Below, piece by piece: positions 23,801-31,948 of a stretch of DNA of 64,000 nt; the stretch's first letter is position 1, and the number at the start of each line of letters is the position of its first letter. Under the pieces are notes generated by a model. That model was not told where the DNA came from. It saw only the letters and a program-made list of their open reading frames with translations, and searched no databases. The DNA is from Vicugna vicugna (lineage: Eukaryota). The DNA lies in assembly GCA_013265495.1 (NCBI GenBank), contig MU058009.1:62001-126000 (forward strand). The letters run 5' to 3'. The translations under genes were made by a program, and so were the position numbers.

Positions 23801-26800
23801 AGCCTACCAATGCAACAGCCTCGCAAGATTAAGCAGGTGATGATGGGCTGAGGACCCAGCAGCTGGGGTTGGACATCTGACGTTCTGGGTGGAAAGTAGG
23901 TGGGGCTTCCTAGAGGCTTAGGAAGGCATGGAGGACCCCAGGAGAGGGGAGAATTATAGCAGAGATCGCAGCTGGCATTTGAATAACACCTGTTGAAGTT
24001 CCCTGACCTCAGGCACACACCTGTAATCAGAGTCAGGTATACCGGCTTGTGCAGCTGGGAAGAGCGCACACTTCTGAGATGCCCCAGGCCTTCTCCAAAG
24101 CGAGGAGTCAGGGAAGGGTATTTCTAGGGCTTAGGAGGCTGGTGTTAGAGGATGGTTTTGGCAGGTGCTGATCAAAATTTATAAACAGAATTCATAAATA
24201 GGATATGCTGGGACAGTCAGTGGTCTTTTTTTAAATTTACTTTTCTCATTTTTCAGTTTTATTAGGTAGAACTGTTACAGTTTGCACATACACAATATAT
24301 TGCATGTAAATACATAACATACAATATCCTGTTCATATTTTTAAAAATTTACATGTAAGTACTGTTCATTGTTTTTAAGAACGTTTAGAGCTTTAGCTTT
24401 TTAAACTTACATAGTTATCAAAAGAATAAAGCCAACAACAAAAGAAGAATTAATTCAAAAAGATACGTATACCCTGCTATTAATAGCAGCATTATTTATA
24501 ATTGCCAAGATATGGAAGCATCCTTAGTGCACATCAATAGACGAGTGGATAAAGAAGAGGCAGCGTATGTATGTAATGGAATGCAACTCACCCGTAAGAA
24601 AGAAGGCTATTTTGCTATTTGTGGCCCTTCATTCACATTTTTTTTTTCTGGGATTTGCTGGGACAGTCAGTAGTCTTATCTTTAAAACATGGAGTGCAGC
24701 CTAAGCCCTGCAGTCAATTTTTTTTAATCACTTTTTCTGCGATCTTATCGTGGAACATATTGGTCTAAAGGAGTTAAAAGGATTTGAGGTAGCAGTTGGT
24801 CCTGCAGATCCAGGTTGGGTAGGTGTGGCAGTTTTGGGAGTCAGTGTAGTTTCGTAAGTTATGGGTGCGGTTTCAGCTCTCACTGCCCTTGTGGTCCCAA
24901 GCCTGTGCCTCCACTGTGTCCTTTGAGCCCTCAGAGGGGCTGTGTGGGACAGAGGTTGCTAGGAGACACAGACAAGACTCGCTGTGCTTCGTACCTTACT
25001 GGGTGACCCTGGGCTAGTCAACCATGCAGAGCCTTGGTTTTCTTATCTGTGTGCTGGAGATAATATTAATGCTGACGTTTTAAAGCCATTCTAAGAGTTA
25101 AAGAGGTAATCATGTCATATGCCTATCATGGAGATTGGTATACAGTGAACACTCAATAAATACTTACCAAATTTTGAATACATGATTTTATTATTTACTG
25201 AACATTTACTCTGACTCAACTTCCCGTGCTGACTGCCTGCTTCTGTGACCGCTCAGCGCCGGCCCCCAAGTTTGCATGTGTGGGAAGTAAGACATGCTCT
25301 TTGCCCTAGGAAAACTCAATCTAACAGAATAAACATACAGGTTGCAGCCTGGAATGACAAAATGCTCTGGCAGAGAGTTGTCCCAAGTGCTGTGGGGTCT
25401 CGGAGCAGGGGCTGACCTCTGTTCAGGGCTGTCTGGAGGTGGGACCATTAGAGGAGGTGGTACTGGAGTTGGACCTTTTGGGAGCATTTGGCAAGACCAG
25501 CAACTCCCTGGTACTGAGTTCCCGTGCACGTGATGCTGAGGGGCCAGCGAGGAGGAGTTTATGCCCCTGATGGCAGGGAGTGAGGCTAGAGAGCACAGGA
25601 GAAAGTTAAGGCCAGAGCCTGGCTCTCTTGGCAGTGGGAAGAGGAAAGGAGCGGATGGACTGGATATCTGTGTTGGTTTCCTGTTGCTTCCTAACAAGTC
25701 ACCAGTTTAGCGGCTTAAAACAACATCCATGTATTGGCTCATATTCTGGAGGTCAGAAGTCCAGCACAGCATGGCTGGAATCTCTGCGTAGGGTATACAA
25801 GGCTGAAGTCAAGTTGGCTGCCAGACTGAGTTCTTGTCTGGAGGCTCAGTGGGGAGATTTTCTTCCAAGTTCATTCTTGGAAGGATTTAGCTCCTTGTGG
25901 TTCCAGGTCCAAGGTCCCCATTTCCCGACTGGCTTCGGCCTGGGGTGGTACCCTTAGCTCATAGCGGCTGCCCGCGTATCTTGCTGTGCGACCCCCTCCA
26001 TTGTCAGACCAGCTACGCATGATAAATCCTTTTTGTGTCTCCGACTTCCTCCAGGACAGCTCTCTAGACCCCGGTGTAAAACACGTGAGATGAGGTCAAG
26101 CCCACCAGGATTTATCTCCCTATCTTATGGTCCTGTGCCCTACAAAGCAGAATAACACAGCATGTCTCATCATATTCATAGGTTTCGCACACTCTCAAGG
26201 TTCCTCTTAGAATTCTCCTGCTACAGCATGATTTTAAAGTGAAAATGAAAGATTTATGATAATTCTAGATTTCCAGCAGGGACAACCAGGTGAATAGCAG
26301 TATGTTTAAGCAACAAAGGGAAAATGGGGAGAGGAGAGTGCGGTGAGTTTAAGGAGCCCACGTCCGAGCAGAGCCAGCTAGAGCTGATGTATGTGTGGTC
26401 TGGCAGAGGTCTGAACTTGATAACACCATGGTAGTAAAAGCAACGGGACTGAGACGGAAGTCCTGGGCAGGAAGTGGCAGATGAGGGAGAGGAGGGCTCC
26501 AGAAGGGACGCCGGGGGGAACCCAGCACTAGGGGGCCTGACAAGGTCCGGGGAGTGGGCACCAAAGCGGTCTGGAGAGCAGTCACCCCAGCGGAGGAAGG
26601 CGGTTTGTGAGGTGAGACTATCAGGTGGCCCATCCCCATGGATGAATTAGGGTTGGAGGAAGTGAGGTCCTCATAGCAGCCCGTGCCGCTGGGAATGGGG
26701 TGTGTACTGCTGTCCCCATTTTACAGAAGGGGAGAGCCCACCCTCATGAAGGGTGCACAGCCCAGGAGTGTGAGAGCCCCAGGGCTCCTGAAAGAGGTGA

Positions 26801-27804
26801 GGGTCTCCAACGCAGAGAGCAGAACCTTTTCACTCCCAGAGTGACTTGCTTAACAGTTGTAAGCCTCAGTTCCCTATCTGTGAAATGGGGCTAATGACAG
26901 CATCTACGTCAGTGTGTTTGTGAGGACCGAATGAGATGATACATTACACTGGCTGAAACACTTAACACAGCGTCTGGCACGCAGCACCTGCTCAGAAAGC
27001 GGTATGTGTCATTACTGTTCTACCATCATTCTTGCCATCCTGGTTGCCATCATCGCCCTTAGAGGCCCAGACCCTCCCCAGATGTGTTGAGTTGTACGAG
27101 GCAGTATGGTAGCCAGGAGGCACGTGCGGCTATTTACATTTTAATTAAAATTGGATAAAATTAAGAGTTCAGTGCCTTAGTTGCACTAGCGCCGCATGGC
27201 TCCTGGCTGCCTGACAGAAGGCTCTGCGGCAGAGCGCCGCCTAGAGGTGGTGGAAGGAGCGGGGCTCCCTCTAATGCCTTCCCCACTCCTTGTCCCTCAG
27301 AAGCCCACCACGGGCCTGCTGGCCATCACCCTGGCCCTCCACCTCTGCGACTTGGTGCACATTGCCGGCTTCGGCTACCCAGACGCCCACAACAAGAAGC
27401 AGACCATTCACTACTATGAGCAGATCACGCTCAAGTCCATGGCGGTAAGTGGCCCCCACGTGTCAGCTCAGTGGGGCGAGTGGGCCTGGAATCCCCGGGT
27501 GAGTGAGGGGGTGGCAGGGGCCCAGAGATGGCTCACGGTGAGGACATATGGAGGGTCAGAACTGGAACCAAGGCATCTGGACTCCCAGGCCAGCGTCCTC
27601 TGCGTTCTGTCTGCCTTCCGAGAGCCGCCCAGGGAACGGAGCTCCGGGGCCGTGGGGTCCTGGGCCGGCCAGGAGCTGCCTAGGAGTTCCTCAGTTTGCT
27701 TCCTTGGCTCTCTGCAGGGGTCAGGCCACAATGTCTCCCAGGAAGCCCTGGCCATCAAGCGGATGCTGGAGATTGGAGCGGTCAAGAACCTCACTTACTT
27801 CTGA
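20788..27804 (+). CDS. ST3GAL4: CMP-N-acetylneuraminate-beta-galactosamide alpha-2,3-sialyltransferase 4 (GT29), complete spliced CDS: join(20788-20803,21093-21177,21587-21667,21835-21932,22125-22185,22628-22723,22818-23007,23693-23836,27301-27444,27718-27804)
   Basis: Exons sum to 1002 nt = 333 aa + TGA; all introns are GT-AG with matching phases. Translation MVSKSRWKLLAMLALVLAVMVWYSISREDRYIELFYFPIPEKKEPC...[48 protein letters not shown] (sialylmotif L)...PTTGLLAITLALHLCDLVHIAGFGY (S)...HYYE (III)...HNVSQE (VS)...KNLTYF matches ST3GAL4 as I recall it. Confidence 0.98.
21093..21177 (+). CDS. ST3GAL4: ST3GAL4 coding exon 2 (signal-anchor TM, WKLLAMLALVLAVMVWYSISREDRYIEL)
   Basis: ctgcag| acceptor, CT|gtgagt donor, hydrophobic type II anchor. 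Confidence 0.95.
21587..21667 (+). CDS. ST3GAL4: ST3GAL4 coding exon 3 (FYFPIPEKKEPCLQGEAERKASKLFGN)
   Basis: Polypyrimidine tract + ccag|, AA|gtaagt. Confidence 0.95.
21835..21932 (+). CDS. ST3GAL4: ST3GAL4 coding exon 4 (YSREQPIFLQLKDYFWVKTPSAYELPFGTKGS)
   Basis: gcag| acceptor, G|gtaagt donor. Confidence 0.95.
22125..22185 (+). CDS. ST3GAL4: ST3GAL4 coding exon 5 (EDLLLRVLAITSYSIPESIQS)
   Basis: tttttgtag| acceptor, AG|gtaagg donor. Confidence 0.94.
22628..22723 (+). CDS. ST3GAL4: ST3GAL4 coding exon 6 (first half of sialylmotif L)
   Basis: [32 protein letters not shown]; ggcag| and AG|gtccgt. Confidence 0.96.
22818..23007 (+). CDS. ST3GAL4: ST3GAL4 coding exon 7
   Basis: [63 protein letters not shown]; cccag| and |gtatgt. 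Confidence 0.96.
23693..23836 (+). CDS. ST3GAL4: ST3GAL4 coding exon 8
   Basis: VRKGFWKQPPLIWDVNPKQIRILNPFFMEIAADKLLSLPMQQPRKIKQ; ctag| and CAG|gtgatg. Confidence 0.96.
24228..24650 (-). mobile_element. TSD-flanked chimeric retro-insertion containing an L1 ORF2-end fragment (24450-24625, + orientation)
   Basis: 27-bp direct repeat (25/27 identical) at 24201-24227 and 24651-24677; L1 phrase aattgccaagatatggaagca...atcaatagacgagtggataaagaag. Confidence 0.75.
24990..25170 (+). mobile_element. MIR SINE
   Basis: tactgggtgaccctgggc...cttggttttcttatctgt...acactcaataaat MIR core and tail. Confidence 0.6.
25669..26225 (-). mobile_element. MaLR solo LTR (MLT1-like)
   Basis: tgtgttggtttcctgttgcttcctaacaagtcaccagtttagcggcttaaaacaac...ctggaggtcagaagtcc...ttagaattctcctgctaca, TG...CA ends. 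Confidence 0.75.
26850..27020 (+). mobile_element. MIR SINE
   Basis: agcctcagttccctatctgtgaaatggggctaatgacag MIR core. Confidence 0.7.
27102..27243. mobile_element. MER3-like hAT MITE fragment
   Basis: cagtatggtagcc...cacgtgcggctatttacattttaattaaaatt...ttcagtgccttagttgcactagc. Confidence 0.6.
27301..27444 (+). CDS. ST3GAL4: ST3GAL4 coding exon 9 (sialylmotifs S and III)
   Basis: KPTTGLLAITLALHLCDLVHIAGFGYPDAHNKKQTIHYYEQITLKSMA; ctcag| and |gtaagt. Confidence 0.96.
27718..27804 (+). CDS. ST3GAL4: ST3GAL4 last coding exon (sialylmotif VS, stop)
   Basis: GSGHNVSQEALAIKRMLEIGAVKNLTYF*; ctgcag| acceptor. Confidence 0.96.
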   Translation, partial: GSGHNVSQEALAIKRMLEIGAVKNLTYF

Positions 27805-28367
27805 CTTGGGCAGGAGCTGAACCCGTCCTGCTCCCGTGCTGAGCGGCCCCCATCCGTGGCTGTGGGGGTGCCTGGTGCCAGCATGACCTGCTCAGACTCA
27901 CCCTCCCCTGTGTGGGGAGGAGGCCAGGTCTGAGATGAGGCCGTGCCCCTGGCTGCTCTGGTGGAGGCCGGATCCAGTCAGGGTGGAGGCCCGGGGCAGC
28001 AGGAGCCCAGCCAAGGCCTGGGGCTGGCTGCTGTGGCACTCCCTCTCTGCCAGGGCCAGGAGATTATTTAATGGGCTATTTAATTAAGGGTAGGAACGTG
28101 CTGTGGGCTGGTCCTATGGCATCCAGAAAAGGGGGCATCGTACAGTGTTCTGCCCACTTTTATAAAAACAAAAATGATGGACCTTCTAGGGCCTAGACCC
28201 AGAGCAGGCCTCCCAGGAGGGTGAGGGCGTCTGGAGCGGGCGGTACCCGGAGTGGGTGGTGCCCTTCAGAGAGGGGCTGCTCCCTCCCAGCAGGCATGGG
28301 GAGAGCACTGGCATAAGGGTTCCATGCAGAAGGGGAAGACATCTAGAAAAGAGGTTACAGACTTATC

Positions 28368-28373
28368 ATTAAA
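28368..28373 (+). terminator. ST3GAL4 polyadenylation signal (ATTAAA)
   Basis: ATTAAA ~560 nt after the stop, followed downstream by GU/U-rich ctgtgtctttcc. Confidence 0.7.
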
Positions 28374-30419
28374 CTATTTTTCCTAAAACAGAAGCGATCG
28401 TGATACCCTGTGTCTTTCCAAATTGAAGAAGGCATGGATGGGTGGTGGGACACAGCAGTGGGCCCCGCTCCCGGCAGTGGACAGGCTGGTTAGAGAGCCA
28501 GTGGGGCCCGGAGCAGGCCAGGGTCATCCAGGAAATAATTATTTACTGAGTACAGTGCTTGGTTGGTGCCAAGTCATGCACCATCACCCTGGTGTAGCAG
28601 GCAAGCAAGTGGTACCCAGAGCAGCCCTGTCTGCTGGACTCCTAGCCTGATGTCTCCATTCTGGCTCACTTTCCAGAGGTAGGGAGGGGCAGGAGGATGC
28701 CAGATGGGAGTGGCAGAACCCTCTTCCACCTCCCTTCCTCTCCCTCTCTAGCCTTGTTTCCAAAAATCTCAAGCCAGGAGGTGTGCGTTTGAGGACAGGG
28801 GTGGAGTCACACAAAGAAAGCCAAGTTTTCCTTCTCAGAGTAAGTGGGGTCATAAAATGGAGTTTACAGATGGTCCTGCCAGTGGCCCTGGCAGCCAGAG
28901 TGGGGATGGGCAGCGCATGGGCAGCATCTGAGGGATTGGCACAGCCTGTCAGCCAGTAACTGGGCCAGGGAATGAAATCCCCCCATGTCTCCAGAATTGT
29001 GATTGCCCTGCTGTTTGCCTATCTCCACCCGCCTTTGTTCTCCATCTTCCCAGGCCCTGCTGAGCCGCCAGCTGGGTTTCCCGCCACTCTCACAGCTGTT
29101 CCTTTACATCTGGAGCCAGGAGGGAGAACTGGACCTCCCCCACAGGGAAGGGACTCACAGCTGTGTTCCTGGCTTTCTCAGAAAGAATTGAGCCTTGAGG
29201 TTTTGAGACAGCTAGGCTGGGACCGGACAGACAGAGAAGGGCAGAGATTTGGGAGGAACAGGAAGAGGACACCCTTCTCAACAGTGTTGGAGTGGCCTTG
29301 AGAACACCCATGCTCATCCCACAGAGAGGTCCTGAGGACCATCGCGGGGAATGGAGTTGCCTGGTCTCTCGGAAGCCTGGCAGAACTACTTGGCTAGCTG
29401 CTCTCCTCCCAGGGGAGGGGGGATTCTAAAAGCAAATTGGGCTGCAGCCCCAAACCCCCTTCTCTCCACACGGGTGAGCTTTGTCACCCGGGCGTTGTTC
29501 TGGGGGGCCTCGCTGACTCTGAGCGGCGTGAGTGTGTGTGGGGATCTCAGCTCCGCTTACCCCTGACGTTTCTCCAGCTGCGTCTCGTGAAGGTATGCAA
29601 GGGAGTGTCCATTTCCCCGTCCAGGCCATTGAAAGTGGCTGTCAGCACATGTGATCCAGCTGTCCTGGATCAGGGCCACTGCCTGTTACTGAATGTGCCT
29701 AAACTCGAGCCAGAATCCAAACTCATACTCTGCCCCTCAAACTGCACACCCACGCATGTAGACACAAGAGCGTTTTACATTCTTGGGTGATGCCTGTGAT
29801 GCCACATGGCTACATCCACACAGGAGTGTGTATGGGGTAGGGGTGTATACCCCCCAACTCGCTATCGTTCTGGGGGTGGGCTCAGCCCTCCCAGGGTGCT
29901 CCAACCCCTAGGCAGAGGGAGGCAGTACCGTGGGGTCAGAGCAGGCGGTGGAGCTTTGATGTGGAGTTGCTGGATGGGTTCTTTGGCGTTCTGAAAAAGG
30001 GACTTTCGTTCTTAAAGTTAGCCAGACCTGTGTGGATGAACTGCCTGTCAGCCGGCCTGCCTGGTCCTGATTAAACTTCACTCTTAAAAGGAGGCAGGAG
30101 GGAAGCAAGGCACAGACGACTGGGCTCTGCCACCTAATTCTGCCCGACCTTGGGCTGATCACTTCTCCACGTCTATGCTCCAATTCCTACATTCCTTGAG
30201 ACACGAGGGCGGGTTCAGCCAATGAGGACCACCTATACCGGAATTATCTGGGGGTGACTTAAGAATGGAGATTCTTGGCTCTTACCCAGGTCGCTGGGGA
30301 TGGGGCCCAGGAATCTGGAATTTCAGCAAGCACCCGCAAACCACTGCCCTAGTCGTCTAGACTACGGATGATCTCACAGGCCTCTTCCAACTCAACGGTC
30401 TGCGTGCAAAGCCCATCCT

Positions 30420-30790
30420 AATCCCTCGTGCCCTTGAGCCGCGTTAATTAGACGCACGCGCGGTTCTCCCCCGCGGGCGGGGGCGAGGGCGAGGGCGGGC
30501 GGAGGCCGGGGCGCGCATGCGTCGTCGCGCGGGCGCGGGGCTGGCGCGGCGGCGGAGCGGCGCCCTCGGGCAGCCCGCGCAGAGGGAGGCATCTCCCGGC
30601 GCTGGGAGGCCGGCGCCTCCCTGGCAACCGGCTCCGGGCCTGGCAACGGCCGCCGAGTCAGCGCCTGTCTGCGGGGTTTGCAGCCTTGCGGCGGTTTTCT
30701 CCGCCGGAGTTTCCCTGGGCTGGTCTAACTCCCCCTGGGCCCCGTTCACGTGATCTACGTGGGCTGCACCGCAGGGGCCGGGGTGGGACA
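30420..30790. promoter_or_regulatory. Intergenic CpG island with GC boxes, NRF1-like GCGCATGCG (30513-30521) and two CCTGGCAAC RFX half-sites
   Basis: Very dense CpG and GGGCGG repeats against CpG-poor flanks. Confidence 0.8.
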
Positions 30791-30945
30791 GACTAGGACA
30801 GCGAGGGACCCGGAGCCATCTGCTCCATCCAGTTTAGACTGCGCAGTGCAGCTCTCCTCCGCAGAGGGGAAACTGAGGCCGGGCGAAATGAAGGGGCTCC
30901 CAGCTCAACCTCCTAGCTGGGCAAGACAGAGTTTGGGTCTTTATA

Positions 30946-31066
30946 GGGGGAGGGTATAGCTTAAGTGATAGAGCGCATGCTTAGCATGCACAAGGCCCGG
31001 GGTTCAATCCCCAGTACCTCCTCTGAGAATAAATAACATAAATTAACCTAATTACCCCCCCCAAAA
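30946..31066 (+). mobile_element. tRNA-Ala-derived camelid SINE (Vic-1-like)
   Basis: GGGGAGGGTATAGCTTAAGTGATAGAGCGCATGCTTAGCATGCACAAGGCCCGGGGTTCAATCCCCAGTACCTCC plus AT-rich tail ending ctaattacccccccc aaaa. Confidence 0.9.
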
Positions 31067-31923
31067 TTTTACCCAGCCCAGCAACACATTTACATGATAG
31101 TGTACACTCACATCAAGTAGTGTGCCTTAGCTGTGTGTTCTCATTTACGCTTTCTGAGGTATGAATACACCCAGTTGCCTCCCCCAGAGACTGGCCAGCC
31201 TGTGAAAATTTTGAACGCGGAAGATGCTCTGTCTGTGAGGCAGTAAGGTGTAAGCACTCATACTCTCCTGGGGTCTACGCCCTGCTCTGTCATGTGACCT
31301 GTTAAGTACTGATTATGTCTGCCTGCCTCACAATGAGGCTTTAAGGATCCAGTGGGAATACGTCTGGAAAAACACTGTGTAGACTGTAAAGTATGATATA
31401 AATATTAGATTGGAAAGCTGCCTTGCATAATAGAAAATGCCGGAAAGCATGTATGAAACAGGTGAGGTACATCTGGAGGGCCAAACACGTGCCCAGGTAC
31501 CACTAGTTACAAAAAAGGTCTTTGTCTTCAAATCACCCTCAGGCTAAGTAGGGGAAGGTAAGACATTGGTGAGAGGACTCAGGTACAGGCTTTGCATAAT
31601 CCCAACAGTGAACTGTGAGTTCAAACTGCTCTCTGGCAGTGGTTTTTATATTGAAGTCAGATGCCCTTAGGGCTTTTTGGAGAAGGGGGTTTCTTGGGTG
31701 CCATTGTCCATTTCCAGGGCACGCAGCATACCGGGATAGGTTCCTAAACGAAGGTTGAGAAGTACATCCTCAGAGTTGGTATGCTCTCCCCTAAACCATC
31801 TGACGTTTTTGATGTCTTAATTATAGCTTCAGAAAACTATTTGTTAGTTTTGAGCATTTCCATGGTTTTGTACCAGACGTGGTTCCAGGAAATCTTTCCA
31901 ACTTAAAAGTTTAAGGAGGAATC

Positions 31924-31948
31924 TATGTATGTATGTATGTATGTATGT
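31924..31948. repeat. (TATG)n microsatellite
   Basis: tatgtatgtatgtatgtatgtatg. Confidence 0.9.

Noticed and set aside
27196..27300. N-terminal part of the 202-aa ORF as an alternative ST3GAL4 start
   Set aside because: The ATG lies in a MER3-like repeat, followed by the branch point/polypyrimidine tract of the exon 9 acceptor
30946..31022. tRNA-Ala(AGC)-like gene
   Set aside because: Imperfect acceptor stem and a SINE tail, with a second family copy at 9746-9889 carrying a TSD; it is a SINE
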